From the NCBI RefSeq assembly GCF_006345805.1, contig NC_043013.1, positions 9,610,001-9,674,000 of the forward strand: a stretch of 64,000 nucleotides of DNA, read 5' to 3'. Origin of the DNA: Octopus sinensis. Lineage: Eukaryota. Of this stretch, positions 1-13,378 are shown piece by piece. Under the pieces are notes generated by a model. It was not told the origin of the DNA and ran no database searches. It saw only the letters and a program-made list of their open reading frames with translations. The stretch's first letter is position 1; each line of letters starts with the position of its first letter. Position numbers and translations under genes: made by a program.

Positions 1-99
1 TACATACATACATGCATATATACATACATACATGCATACATACATACATACATACATACATACATACATACATACATACATACATACATACATACATAC
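1..99. repeat. (TACA)n microsatellite
   Basis: Near-perfect TACA array at the window start. Confidence 0.95.
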
Positions 100-655
100 A
101 TGAACGCTCGGGCACCTAACAAGAAGTATAGCTTACACACACAAACACACGCTTACTCACACACATGCACACACATGCAGACAAGCCCGCTCAGACACCC
201 GCACACGCCTCTTATTGAGATGACTTTGGGAAGGAGCTTTGTAGATAATAATAACCGACTGAAAAACATTAAACAGGCAATATAACAATATACTGAACGT
301 GCTTGGGAGCCACTAACTTTCATGTTGATAAACGCTTGATAACAATATCCGTGATAAAAAGCGGTTCCCACCATACACACACACACAAACACACGCACAT
401 ATACATACATACATGCATACATACATACATGCAATTCATACATACATAAGACATACATAATATATACATACATACATACATACATACATACATACATACA
501 TACATACATACATACATACATACATACATACATACATGCATGCAATTCATACACATGACATGGCAAAAATAGCGAATCAATGAATGAGTGTGCAAATGTA
601 CGTTTATGTATGCGTTCGTATTTTGAAGCAGAGAAAGTGAGAAAGAAGGAAATTT

Positions 656-800
656 GTGTGGTAAAAAACTTGCTTCCCAACAACATGGTTCTGGGTTCAG
701 TTCCTCTGCGTGACACCTATTACACTCTCCGGGCCGACCGGAGTCTTGTGAGTAGATTTAGCTGACGGAAACTGGAAGAAGCCGTGGTGTATGTGTATGT
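656..800 (+). mobile_element. SINE family A, 5' part (diverged)
   Basis: GTGTGGTAAAAAACTTGCTTCCCAAC..GGTTCAG..GGAAACTG matches the head of the full copies at 8499 and 59774. Confidence 0.75.
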
Positions 801-1093
801 GTGTGTGTGTGTATGTGTGTATATATGTGTGTGTATGTGTATGTGTATGTGTGTGCGTGTGTGTGTGTTTGTCTGTCTATGTGACTTTGTCCTTTAACAC
901 CACTTTGCGTTCAGGCTGCATTATCGAACAAATTCTAGTTTGTTCTATTTCTTTTTAAAGTAGGAAGATGTGATTAAGGGAGATTTAGCTACTATTTCTA
1001 ACAGATCAATCAACCACTATGAGATACCGCCCAGAAAGAACATTTAATAGAGCGCCAGATTAAATAATGGCTTCCATTTTTAAAATCATTTAG

Positions 1094-1310
1094 GACGGCG
1101 AGTTAGTAGAATTGTTAGCACGCCGGACTGTTATACTTAGCGGCATTGCGTACGTCTTTAGCGTTCCGAGTTCAAATTCCGCCGAGGTCGAGTTTGCCTT
1201 TTATCCTTTCGGGGACGATAAAATAAGTACCAGTTAAGAACTGGGGTCGGTGTAATCGACTTACCCCTCCCATGGGATTGTTGGTTTTGTGTCAAAATTT
1301 GAAACAGAAG
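1094..1310 (+). mobile_element. SINE family B (B2-type tail)
   Basis: GGCGAG..GTTAGCACGCCG..GAGTTCAAATTCCGCCGAGGTCGA..TCCTTTCGGGG..GATAAAATAAGTACCAG; same consensus as more than 20 other copies in the window. Confidence 0.85.
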
Positions 1311-1331
1311 TTAACCATCAGCTTCATCATC

Positions 1332-1548
1332 TGTGTTTGTCTGCGCTTGTCCCCCCAGCATCGTTTGACAACCGATGCTGGTGTGTTTACGTCCCCGTAA
1401 TATAGCGTTTCGGCAAAAGAGACCAATAGAATAAATACTAGGCTTACAAAGAATAAGCCCTGGGGTCGATTTGCTCGACTAAAGGCGGTGCTCCAGTATG
1501 GCCGCAGTCAAATGACTGAAACAATTAAAAGAGTAAAAAAAGTAAAAA
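1332..1548 (+). mobile_element. SINE family A, 3' half
   Basis: GACAACCGATGCTGGTGTGTTTACGTCCCCG..CGACTAAAGGCGGTGCTCCAG..GACTGAAAC plus an AAAAGAGT-type tail. Confidence 0.85.
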
Positions 1549-1550
1549 GT

Positions 1551-1675
1551 ATGTATATATAAATTATAAAAATGATTAAAAATATAAACAGTGCAGAACT
1601 GTTTCTACTTCGCGGATTTTCACTTATTACAGGAAGTTTTGGAACATAACAACCGCGATATTCGAGGTATTACTG
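1551..1675 (-). mobile_element. pogo/Tigger-like DNA transposon end
   Basis: Minus strand reads TA|CAGTAATACCTCGAATATCGCGGTTGTTATGTTCCAAAAC..GTGAAAATCCGCGAAGTAG, typical of Tigger/pogo MITE termini with a TA target. No second end seen. Confidence 0.55.
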
Positions 1676-1771
1676 TACATACAACTCTGTGTGTGTGTCT
1701 GTCTGTGTGTGTGTCTGTCTGTGTGTGTGTCTGTCTGTGTGTGTGTGGTGTGTGTGTGTGTGTACTGGGCA

Positions 1772-2098
1772 GAGCAAAAGCCTTGTGAGTGGATTTGGTA
1801 GACGGAGACAGAAACTGAAGGAAGCCCGTTGCATATGTATATATTCATGTGCTTGTCTTTGTGTCTGTGTTTGTATCGCCCACCCACCCCTTTCACCGGT
1901 TGGCTTAGGTGTTGGCGTGTTTACGTCTCTGTAACTTAACGGTTCGGCAAGAAAGACCGATAGAATAAGTACTAAAGTACTAAGCTTAATAAGTAAGTCC
2001 TGGGATCGATTTGTTCGAATAAAGCCCTTCAAGGTGGTGCTCCAGCGTGGCCGCTCTCAAATAACTGAAACTGGCAAAAGAGTAAAAGAATAATAAGA
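1772..2098 (+). mobile_element. SINE family A, 5'-truncated
   Basis: AAAGCCTTGTGAGTGGATTTGGTAGACGG..GAAGCCCG, then microsatellite, then the 3' half and tail. Confidence 0.85.
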
Positions 2099-2247
2099 AT
2101 ATACATACACACGAGCGCGAGTGCGCGCGCACACTCGCACACGCACGCACGCACACACACACATATACATACACACACACATATGCATTGTGTTTGTAGG
2201 GAGAGGGAGGGTAAAGAGAGAGACAGACAGACAGGCAGAGACACAGA

Positions 2248-2279
<32 letters not shown>

Positions 2280-2711
2280 AGAGAGAGTGGCAGAAAGAAA
2301 GGCTACTAGAAACAGGATAAGAGAAAGAGAGAAGAAAAGAGCAGTAGAACCTAAAAAGAAGGAGGGAACAAAATTAAATAAAAAGTGGGAGTGGCCTCTA
2401 CACCAATGAAAAAAGGGGCCAGACGACTGACGGAGCCCTAAATAACGTTGGATGGGTATTTAATAGAACCAAGTAGATTTTCTTATGAAATATTGTTTTG
2501 GCGCTCAAGTTGATGGATGGGAATAAGATGAGAAACAGCGATGTCTCTTACTTTCACTTTCCAGTACACACATACACATACATGCACACACAGACACACA
2601 CTTTCTCTGTATCTCTCTCACCCTCTCTTTCACCCCCTTCTCTCTCTCTCGCTCTCTCTTTCTAGTTGTTGTTTTGTCCCAGTCCAGCTATGATTAAGAA
2701 GATTATATTCT

Positions 2712-2868
2712 TTTCTACTCTAGACACAAGGTCTGAAATTTTGTGGGAGGAGGCCAGTCGATTAGATCGACCCCAGTACGCAACTGGTACTAAATTTATC
2801 GACCGTGAAATGATGAAAGGCAAAGTCAACCTCGGCGGAATTTGAATTTAGAACGTAAAGACAGACGA
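2712..2868 (-). mobile_element. SINE family B
   Basis: Reverse complement of the family B core (ATCGACCCCAG..AAAGGCAAAGTCAACCTCGGCGGAATTTGAA). Confidence 0.8.
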
Positions 2869-2929
2869 AAGATTAAGAAGATATATATTGAAAGACAATC
2901 CTGCCGTGACAATCACGTCTTTTCTTTTA

Positions 2930-3178
2930 CGTGCTTTTGTCATTTGACTGCGGTAATGCTGGAGCACCGCCTTAGAGGGGTTTAGTCGAACAAATCGACA
3001 CCAGGACTTATTCTTTGTAAGCCTAGTACTTATTTTATCGCTCCCTTTTGCCGAACCGCAAGTTTACGGGGACGTAAACACTCAATACCTGTTGTCAAGC
3101 AATGGGGGGGGGCACAGATACAAAGACACACCATGTGGGTAGTAAGCAAGCTACTTACCACACAGCCACATAGATTAG
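2930..3178 (-). mobile_element. SINE family A with internal deletion
   Basis: 3' half on the minus strand joined directly to the head (GCAAGCTACTTACCACACAGCCAC); the middle is missing. Confidence 0.8.
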
Positions 3179-3254
3179 TATTAAATCCCCCCTTTAGGTA
3201 TGTAACAGTCCTCAGACAACTAGTTCCACGTCTTAAGACGGACCCAGTTATGTC

Positions 3255-3605
3255 TATATTGGTTTCAAATTTTGACACAAAGCCAGCAATTTAGGGGGAG
3301 AGGATAAATCGATTACATCGACCTCAGTGTTTAACTGGTAATTATTTTATCGCCTTAGAAAGGATGAAAAGAAAGTCGACCTCGCCAGAATTTGAACTCG
3401 GAACGTAAAGACGAACGGAATGCCGCTTCTGCGAGATCGTCGTCTTCTCTGTGCCTATATACTCTTTCTGCTTGTCAACTATAGGCACAGGGCCTGAAAT
3501 TTCGAGGATTACATTGACCCTAGTGTTGAACTTGTACTTATTTTATCGACCTCGAAAAGGATGAAAGGTACACCGACCTCCGTAGAATTTGAACACAAAC
3601 GTAAA
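3255..3605 (-). mobile_element. Two adjacent SINE family B fragments
   Basis: Two reverse-strand B cores at about 3255-3425 and 3480-3605. Confidence 0.75.
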
Positions 3606-3815
3606 GACAGTCTTAAGGAAAAGATAGAACGTTTCAAAAATTTGAGTGTCATCCTTCCGAACAGGAGTCATACTCATCTTCTTTTTATTATTCCAATCTT
3701 AGAATGTGTACACCCGAAGCTAGTAGTATATTCATTTATTCTGATTCAGGCCAGCCCTGATTCAGAAGAATGGAATAGATGTTCTTCATTCTCGTATCTA
3801 TATAGTGACTATTAA

Positions 3816-4045
3816 GGCGGCGAGCTGGCAGAAACGTTAGCACGCCGGGCGAAATGCGTAGCCGTATTGCGTCTGCCGTTACGTTCTGAGTTCAAATTCC
3901 GCCGGGGTCGACTTTGCCTTTCATCCTTTCGGGGTCGATAAATTAAGAACTAGTTACGCACTGGGGTCGATGTAATCGACTTAATCCGTTTGTCTGTCCT
4001 TGTTTGTCCCCTCTGTATTTAGCCCCTTGTGGGTAGTAAAGAAAT
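3816..4045 (+). mobile_element. SINE family B, full length (B1-type tail)
   Basis: GGCGGCGAGCTGGCAGAAACGTTAGCACGCCGGGCG..GAGTTCAAATTCC (B-box-like)..TAGCCCCTTGTGGGTAGTAAAGAAATA. Confidence 0.9.
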
Positions 4046-4372
4046 ATATAGAGAGAGACTATTATATGTTGCTTCATTAAGAAACTAATTCTGTTTTTCG
4101 ACAAGTCTTCATGTGAGCTGCACAAAAGGAAGAAAACTTAATTTGAGACTTTTGAGACGCAATTTGAAACGCTTGAAAAAATTCATGTCTCAATTCTATT
4201 TCAATCTTTGTGTTAAAAATAAACATTACAATATCGCACAAATTTAACTATATATAAGTACAAACAACCTTATGTCCCACCAAAGCGAACCAATATTTCT
4301 CAAATAGGTTTGAAATAAATATTTTAATAATGCATGTAAATGATAAATCTGTTACGCTAAATATATTCTATA

Positions 4373-4590
4373 AGGTGGCGGGCTGGCAGGAACGTTAGCA
4401 CGCCGGACGAAATGCTTACGGTATTTCGTCTGTTTTTAAGTTCTGAGTTCAAATTCCGCCGAGGTCGACTCCACCTTTCATTCCTTTGGGTTCAATAAAT
4501 TAAGTACCAGTTGGGTACCGAGGTCGATCTAATCGACTGGCTCCCTCCCCCAAAATTTCGGGCCTTGTACCTAGAGGAGAAAAAAAATGA
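4373..4590 (+). mobile_element. SINE family B, full length (B2-type tail)
   Basis: Same head and core as 3816; ends CCCTCCCCCAAAATTTCGGGCCTTGTACCTAGAGGAGAAAA. Confidence 0.85.
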
Positions 4591-4637
4591 TATTGTATTT
4601 ATCTACTACTTATCCATCTCTCCATGGCTCTCTCTCT

Positions 4638-4687
<50 letters not shown>

Positions 4688-5201
4688 GTATGTATGCAAG
4701 CATGCATGCATGCATGTATGTATGTATAAGCATATTCATACGCACACATATATATACGGAGTGAGAGAGAGGCAGAGAGAAGATATTCGTATAGACACAC
4801 ACATACATATATGTATGTGTGTGTATATACGTGTTTGTGCCTGAGTGCATGTATGTAACAACATTCCTATCTAACTATCGATCTATCATTCCATTTGACT
4901 ATCGATCTGATCTATCTACCAAACCCTCTAACCATATATATATATATATAAATGTACGGTGAGAGAGAGGCGGACTGACAGGCAGACACAGAGATAGATA
5001 GATGGATAGACAGACAGGCGTAAGTATGTATGAATGTATCTACACACTTATCTACGTGCAAACTATCTATCAACCTATCTACCAGTATCTTTAAATATCA
5101 ATAAATCTGTTCACCTCCGCCGTTTGTTTGCCTCTGTCGCTTTCTATATATTCATCTTTACTTCTAACTAACTATCATTCTTTCTCTATCTTTGTCCATC
5201 C

Positions 5202-5275
<74 letters not shown>

Positions 5276-5494
5276 ATATCTATATATATATCCATCTAGC
5301 TAGCTATCTATCTTTTTTATTTCTCTTTTCTTTTGTTCCTTTTCCTCTTATTTCTTTTCTTTTTTTTTCTTTTTTAAAATTTTTTTTGTTCTTTTTTTCC
5401 CTTTTACGATCCCTTTTGATCGAAAACCTACGCCACCTTTTTTTTTGTTTCTTTTGTATTTTGTTTTTTTTGTTTTTTTCATCCCCAAAAGAAA

Positions 5495-5610
5495 AGCTCT
5501 ACCTTGTAACTTGTCCCATCTGTGTGCAGCCCTGTGTGGCCAATAAAGAAACTTATCTATCTATCTATTATCTATCTATCTATTATCTATATCTATCTAT
5601 CTATCTATCT

Positions 5611-5655
<45 letters not shown>

Positions 5656-5700
5656 TCATCTGTCTATCTACCTAGCTAACTATCTATTAATCTATCTCCC
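5495..5700 (+). mobile_element. Retroelement 3' end with (TATC)n tail
   Basis: AAAGCTCTACCTTGTAACTTGTCCCATCTGTGTGCAGCCCTGTGTGGCCAATAAAGAAA followed by (TATC)n; a reverse copy lies at about 15990-16065. Confidence 0.55.
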
Positions 5701-6113
5701 GGTCGGTCAGTCTGTCAGTTTGTCTGTCAATCTGTCAATAAATTTTCTCTCTGTTTATCTGTACATCTCTATTCATCCGACTATTTTGGGTTTCCACTCT
5801 TCTTTGCTTGCTACCTATTATCTTTCTCTGAATTACTCATGTCATGCCTTCAACTTTCCATTCACCCCCGCCACACGTTTTCACTCCGATTAATAATAAA
5901 CTATTTCGACATTGATGGATTTATAGCTTGAGTGTGTTGGAAGAGCTTACGAAAACAAGCACGCTTACCACGCATGACGCCAACACATACATGGACACAT
6001 ACAGACGTTAACACCTCTTATACATATCCATACGTAAAAACATACAAATACATACATAAGCACAAACACAAACACAAACAAACGCAGATACATAGACAGA
6101 CAGATAGACAGAC

Positions 6114-6199
<86 letters not shown>

Positions 6200-6394
6200 A
6201 TTATATTTATATTCATATAAATGTGTGAGAGTATACATGCATATATATATATAACTGTATGCGTGTATAACATATATCAAATTTATGATATATAAATTTA
6301 ACATAATACAAACACATAATTCTCACCACCAGGATACTCGCACAACACATGCCACACACACACACGTTTCAGATATATATATACATACAACTAC

Positions 6395-6467
<73 letters not shown>

Positions 6468-6564
6468 ATATACATATGCATATATATATTTAATACATAT
6501 ATATGTATTATATATATATATATACGCTTGTAGTGAATATATATATATATGTGTGTGTGTGTGT

Positions 6565-6598
<34 letters not shown>

Positions 6599-6736
6599 CA
6601 TAAACATATATATATATATATATATAAAACATTGTATATACATACATTCCACGTTCGAATTCTTCCCAAATCGACTTTGAGATTGATCCCTTCGGGGGTT
6701 GATAACACAGATACCAGTCGCTCAGTATATATATAT

Positions 6737-7098
6737 TCTTGTAAATGTTTCAGTTGACTGCCGCAATGCTGAAGCACTAACTTTTAGTCGTTGAAATCGA
6801 CCCAGGACTTATTCTTTGTAAGCCTAGTACTTATTCTATAAGTCCCTTTTGCCGAACCGCTAAGTTACTGGGGCGTAAAGGCACCAACATCGTTTGCGAA
6901 GCGATGGCAGGGTGACAAACACTGACTCAAAAAACACAGACATAAAATATATACATATATATATATATGTAGTGTGGGTGTGTATGTGTGCGTGTTATAA
7001 CTTATATATCTATATATATATATATATAATATATATAATATATATATATTATGATATATTATATATATATTTATATATACATATATATATATATATAC

Positions 7099-7140
<42 letters not shown>

Positions 7141-7345
7141 ATAATATATATATATACATATTTATATATACATATATACATATATATATATATGACAGGC
7201 TTCTATCCGTTTCCATCTCCAAATCTACTCACAAGGGATTTTGCGGCCCGAGGTTATAGTAAAAGACACTTGCCCAAGGTTCCAAGCTGTGGGACTGAAC
7301 CCGGAGCCATGTGATTGGGAAAGAAGCTTCTCATCCCACAGCCTC
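6737..7345 (-). mobile_element. SINE family A with expanded internal (TA)n/(CA)n
   Basis: 3' half at 6737-6940 and 5' half at 7190-7345, both minus strand, separated by a microsatellite at the usual internal position. Confidence 0.85.
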
Positions 7346-7370
7346 GATATATATATAGAGAGAGATAGAC

Positions 7371-7455
<85 letters not shown>

Positions 7456-7744
7456 CTTACATACAATGTGTGTATGTGTGTGTGATCGATAGTCGACCAG
7501 TTTCTCGTATGTTAATCACGGCTAAATTATTAAGGATAACATTATGATATAATGCTATCTTAATAAATTTCTATCCCATGTTAGTATAAATAAAAGAACC
7601 AGTATTTTGTAGAGGAATCGGAAGGTAAATAAATTTCATGGCAGATAATTAGTAATTGGTATTACATTTTTTTTACAGAGGGTGTAAATTGATTATTTGT
7701 AGATTAAAAAGATATATATTTTATGAGCTAAAATACTTACATAC

Positions 7745-7784
<40 letters not shown>

Positions 7785-8124
7785 TCATACTTATCAACGA
7801 CTCATCAAATCATAACGCAGTAAATAGAGAACTCCGTACTGAGTAGAGTATATATACAATACACTATTCACTGTGTTTACTTAATTTTTTCTAAGTGAAT
7901 TACACTATCATATCATAACTATCATTAACGTTGGCGATTTCATGACTCTTTGGTAAGAAATTCATATGAATTTTACACCTAAAACTGCCTTCTTTTGAGT
8001 GACATTGTTTCAAAGTAATTACCATAGCACTATTGTGATAGAATCATTAATCTTTACAACCCGAAGAGCCAAGGATTTGCAAATAGTAATTATTGATTTT
8101 ATTATAATTTTGCCTTTCACTTAG

Positions 8125-8186
8125 GTGAAACACCACGTATCAAAAATTATGACCATGGATGCAACGAAAAATAATTTCCGAAATGC
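8125..8186 (+). CDS. Candidate internal coding exon (VKHHVSKIMTMDATKNNFRN-A), phase 0 to 2
   Basis: Acceptor ATTTTGCCTTTCACTTAG|G, donor TGC|GTATGT, one open frame of three, non-repetitive, phase-compatible with 26395. No homologue recognised. Confidence 0.4.
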
Positions 8187-8498
8187 GTATGTTTGTGTTT
8201 CCATACAAATAATTTCAGATAATGAATTCACTGGCGAATTATAATTCTTATGCTCGCAGACATGTTGAAGTATGATGTATGCTATAACTGCAAACTGTAG
8301 CAAATTTTCGGGGTTTTGAAAAAAAAACTTTACAGGAAAGTTTGCCGAGGAAAATTATCAAATACTTTATTAATGACGTTGATTTCGATAGTTTTATATA
8401 TACACGTATATGTTTGCGTGTATGTGAGTGCGAGAGCAAACGTGTATGGACGTGCGCGTTTGTGTGTGCGTCAGATGTAACGAAAACAGTATTATACA

Positions 8499-8761
8499 GG
8501 TGCAGGAGTGGCTGTGCGGTAAGTAGCTTGCTTACCAACCACATGGTTCCGGTTTCAGTTCCACTGCGTGGCACCTTGGGCAAGTGTCTTCTACTATAGC
8601 CTCGGGCCGACCAAAGCCTTGTGAGTGGATTTGGTAGACGGAAACTGAAAGAAGCCCGTCGTATATATGTATGTGTATATATATGTGTATGTATGTGTAT
8701 GTTTGTGTGTCTGTGTTTCCCCACCACCACCAACATGGCTTGACAACCGATGCTGGTGTGT

Positions 8762-8807
<46 letters not shown>

Positions 8808-8968
8808 GATATTGGTGAGTTTACGTCCCCATAACTTAGCGGTTCGGAAAAAGAGACCGATAGAATAAGTACTAGGCTTACGAAGAATAAGTACTTGGGT
8901 CGATTTGCTCGACTAAAGACGGTGCTCCAGCATGGCCGCAGTCAAAATGACTGAAACAAATAAGAGAG
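8499..8968 (+). mobile_element. SINE family A, full length
   Basis: GGTGCAGGAGTGGCTGTGCGGTAAGTAGC..GGTTTCAGTTCC (tRNA-like boxes)..GGCACCTTGGGCAAGTGTCTT (CORE-like)..3' half. Resembles the tRNA-derived SINEs described from Octopus (OK/OR types); family name not verified. Confidence 0.9.
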
Positions 8969-9055
8969 TCGGAGAATTGTTTTGAATTTGTTCGATTATA
9001 TGATGCAGTGAATCTTTCCGATCTGTTGTTATGTACAATCCAAGTGACTCTGTGC

Positions 9056-9116
<61 letters not shown>

Positions 9117-9697
9117 AGGTGTGTTGTTGGTGTAACTTTGTAACTGTACGTGATGAGAGAAAGAGAGAGGAGAGAACGTACATAAGAATATTATATATAT
9201 ATATATCTATATATAATTATATATATATATATATATATATGATCTATATATATATATATATATATAATATATATATATATAATTATATATATAGATATTA
9301 ATATGATATCAAACCTGAGAAGAAGATACATCAAATAGGGGAACTGTGGCGGAATGATTGCCATTCAGGTCAAAAATTCAAAAACATTGCGAGAATAACA
9401 TGGCGGCATAAGCTGGTAATTATATGGAAGATGTGAGCCCTCTTTCTGAGCAAGGCACGAAAGAGTCTCTTTCATGTGACCAGTCTGAGGATATCTGCTT
9501 TTCAAATGCAGGTCTTTTCAATTACTAGCGTGGTCACGATGAAGCCTCAGTCTACTAATTTGATATCCACTATGTTCTATTGTGCTCATTGTGTAGCAGA
9601 GTCTTTGGGTTTGCCAGCATGTCCTATCTAGAAGGTTGGGCAGTTGCTAATAGACTGACTTGTACTTAGTGTGAAATTACTTGTATGGCTCTTGCAG

Positions 9698-9743
9698 GTA
9701 TCTGGAGCCATATGTGACACCACCAGCCATGGGGAGAACACAC
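9698..9743 (+). CDS. Weak candidate exon (YLEPYVTPPAMGRTH or VSGAICDTTSHGENT)
   Basis: Acceptor TTGTATGGCTCTTGCAG|G, donor CAC|GTAAGA; two frames open. It may lie in an unrecognised repeat. Confidence 0.25.
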
Positions 9744-9859
9744 GTAAGATGTTCCTTAACATGAAAATGGGTTTAAGAGGAAGTCTTACTCAGTTGCATG
9801 TCGACTACCACCATATACAGTTTCTGGCTTTAAGAGTATCGTGGAAGGTCTGACTAGAG

Positions 9860-10018
9860 GATCAACTTTCCTAGTTCTTTTACAAAGCTTAGAAAAACTG
9901 AAGGACCGCTGCAGTAAGTGTGTGAATATGAGAGAAGAATATTCTGAATAAAATCATAATAACTGCTCCTCCCGTATTTTCTTTTACCCAAAACCAGAAA
10001 CTTTTCAGTACCTCTATA
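9860..10018 (+). mobile_element. Mariner 3' end fragment
   Basis: Translates LEKLKDRCSKCVNMREEYSE*, matching the mariner C-terminus (KRWxKCVxxxGxYVE), then AAACTTTTCAGTACCTCTATA resembling the TIR at 16945. Confidence 0.65.
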
Positions 10019-10181
10019 AATAGTTCAAGGATGAGATCCAGAGATTCTCAGCTTAGAAGACACTTAGTGGTGCTCAAAAGATTCAAACTTAGACTCCGAA
10101 GTTTTTACAGGGGATCAATTCCACAGGGTACAGAATCTCTATAAGAGAATCAATGCATACATACATACATACATACATACA

Positions 10182-10215
<34 letters not shown>

Positions 10216-10459
10216 CATACATATATCAACCGCCATTTCCAATCATGCATAATACATATATATATATATATATATATAAATACATATATATACATATATA
10301 TATATATGTATTATATATATATAATATAATATATATATGTATATACATATACATATATATATATATATATACATATATAAACATGCATATATCTACATGT
10401 GTGTGTGTGTGATATATTTATATTTATATATACATATACATGTATATAAGTGTATGTGG

Positions 10460-10840
10460 CAATGACACGAATAGTTGCATGCACACGTATGTGTATGCGG
10501 TAGTCCCTGAAGCGATACCGGAAACTGAAATAGATCTCTGATCCTTGTCGTAAATAGGCTCTGTGGCAACCTGACCACTCGTGACTGATGTAAAATTCGG
10601 AAGACATTATATATGACTGATGATAACTGTAATGATGTGTTCGATTGCTTTGAGGTGCTGATCTAAAATCTTCCCATGAGTCGGGGTCAAGTTCGGGGTC
10701 GAGGAAAACAGATGAAACCTCTTTCAATATATATTCTCCTCCTTTGCTTTTGAAATCACTCCATAAAAGAAACACTTCAGTAACGCTTCCACTATCCAAA
10801 ATAGAGAAGCCACGGAACATTACTTTATATAGTTCTTGCA
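10460..10840 (-). other. Unique segment with about 125 stop-free codons; contains candidate exon 10519-10584
   Basis: One minus frame is open (ELYKVMFRGFSIL...RDYR). A second frame gives CATCAG|...|GTATCG, 66 nt, phase 1-1 (VTSGQVATEPIYDKDQRSISVS). Identity unknown. Confidence 0.3.
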
Positions 10841-10863
10841 GCACACATACAAACGTACATACA

Positions 10864-10899
<36 letters not shown>

Positions 10900-11019
10900 T
10901 ATTGCTTGAAAATAAGATGATAAATTGGAGCGCTGTGATCGTCATTGGTCATAAAACCATTTCATAGCTCCCACAATCTCTCTAAAGGAGATTAAAATAA
11001 CAACAAAAACGACATATAA

Positions 11020-11082
11020 TAATAATAATAATGATGATAATAATGATAATAATAAAATAATAATAATAATTAATAATAATAA

Positions 11083-11122
<40 letters not shown>

Positions 11123-11165
11123 GTAATGATAATAATAATAATAATGGTAATGATAATGATAATAA
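11020..11165. repeat. (AAT)n trinucleotide array
   Basis: AAT/GAT repeats. Confidence 0.95.
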
Positions 11166-11844
11166 AATAGAAAATGGTAAATGCGGAGGAAGGAGAGAAA
11201 TAAAGAAAAAATATAACAAGATGGCGATATATGAATTTAGAAATTATGTCACCAGTTTTTAATGCATTTTCTTGTATTTTGTATCGTATTAAATGTTTTA
11301 AATCCAAATATTACATTACGTTATGTTATATTCTATTTGTTTTATGTAAAACAACTCTTATTGTTCTTTTTATGAACGTATTTCAATGAAATATTTTATA
11401 GTTTCAATACCGCATTGAAGTAATTTTCTTAGAAAAAAAAATAAAAACACGTATTCGGTTTTAGCATCACAAACTCTTCACCTCTTCTATTCTATCTTAC
11501 TGCTGCATTTTTCTTTGTTTTATGTTCGTTTGTTTTGCTTTTTGCTTTTTTGCTTTTCTATTTTCGGTTTCCTTGCATTAGTTCCTTTCTTTTTCTTTTT
11601 TCTCTTTCCTTTCCTTTTTTTCTTTCTGTGTATACTTTGTGTTTCCTTTGATTTTCAACGTTTCTTTACTTCTATCGTCCTCTCGTCTCTTTCATTTTCG
11701 TTTCAAGACGATGTTTGGATGGTTTCCTTTAAGTTTTTGTACTCAATAATACTCTATCTATACGATATTGTACCCAATGTGTCGATTATTTTTTCTCTCT
11801 TAAACCTGTCTCAGACGAAACTCTGTCGCCTCTCCATCCTCTCT

Positions 11845-11887
<43 letters not shown>

Positions 11888-12153
11888 CTCCCTCTCTCTC
11901 TCTCTCTCAACTCACTGCAGTATTTTGCATTTGTTTTCTTTCTACTTCCGATCTACAAAATTTTCAATTTCCATTTAAACATTCACTTATAGTTTATATT
12001 AATTTCTCCGTCTCTTCTGTTCTTCATTTCCTCTTCTTTCAATATCTCTTTTACTCTCGGTTGAAATTTCATATATATATATATATATATATAGATATAT
12101 ATATATATATATATAATATATATATATAATAATATATATATTTTATATAATAT

Positions 12154-12193
<40 letters not shown>

Positions 12194-13164
12194 TATAATA
12201 TATATTTCTATATATATATATATTATATATATATATATATATACATACATATATATGTATGTATGTATGGATGTATGTATGTATGTATGTGTGTTGCATG
12301 TAGTATGTATGATATTATACATATATATACATATGTATGTATGTACATATGTATGTATGTATGAATCTATGCATGTATATACGTACATACTACATATATA
12401 AATAAATATATATGTATATATATATATATATGTATATATAGATATATATATATACATACATGCATATACAAATATATATGCATATATAAACATATATATA
12501 TGTATGTATGTATGTCTATATTAATGCATGCGCATATATTTGGTATTATGTATGTATATGTGCAGGTTGTGCATGTATAAATATGCATACATAAATACGT
12601 ATATATATATGCATATATATATATATATATAAATATACATACATAAATACGTATATATATGCGTATGTCTGTCTGTGTATATGCTTTTGTATGTGTGTGC
12701 TTGTGTATTCTTTATATAGCAACACAAACTTTATGCCACGGTGATTGTCAGGCAAGAACTTGTTTCGATGTTCAGGATGGTTTATAAACTTTTGGAGCGT
12801 GCTCATTGTCTTAGCAATGTCAAACGTTTTCATTTGTTGGTTTCTATAGTTTATTTTACTAAAGCATTTTCTGCAGTGATGGTTGTCGTCGTTTCCTTTC
12901 CCAATTCGTTGGTTGTTCTGCTTCATTACTCGACTTCACAGTTGTTTTTCTACTTTTCCATATCCTATTTTCACGAAATAGTTGGGCAGCTCAGCTGTTG
13001 TTGTGTCTCCACTTCCTGACTTCATAATTGCATTCTCTTTTGCTAAGCTGTGTCTATTTTTTACCAAGAAATATTTGTTTATCTCTTATTCATTTTTTTT
13101 TACATCTGCTCTTTAAATGTGTCATATTTTTCTCAAATCTATCACTTTGTCTATCTCATAAATT

Positions 13165-13378
13165 ATTGGTTTCAAATTTTGGCTCAAGGCCAGTAAGTTC
13201 GTGGGAGGGGGTAAGTCGATTACAGCAACCCTAGTGTTCAACTGGCACTTATATCAACTCCGAAAGGATGAAAAGCAAAGTCGACGTTGGCGAAATTTGA
13301 ACTCAGAACGTAAAGACGAATGAAATGCCGCTAAAGCTTTTTACCCGGCATGTTGACGATTCTGCCAGCTTACCGCTT
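13165..13378 (-). mobile_element. SINE family B
   Basis: Reverse B core through the head (CTGCCAGCTTACCGC). Confidence 0.8.

Noticed and set aside
1633-1666. Apparent 34-nt plus-strand exon (EVLEHNNRDIR) with good splice sites
   Set aside because: It is the antisense of a Tigger/pogo-type terminus (TA|CAGTAATACCTCGAATATCGCGG..).
7613-7624. Microexon candidates (12 nt here; 6 nt at 50044-50049)
   Set aside because: Such AG..GT pairs are expected by chance in AT-rich DNA, and there is no independent support.
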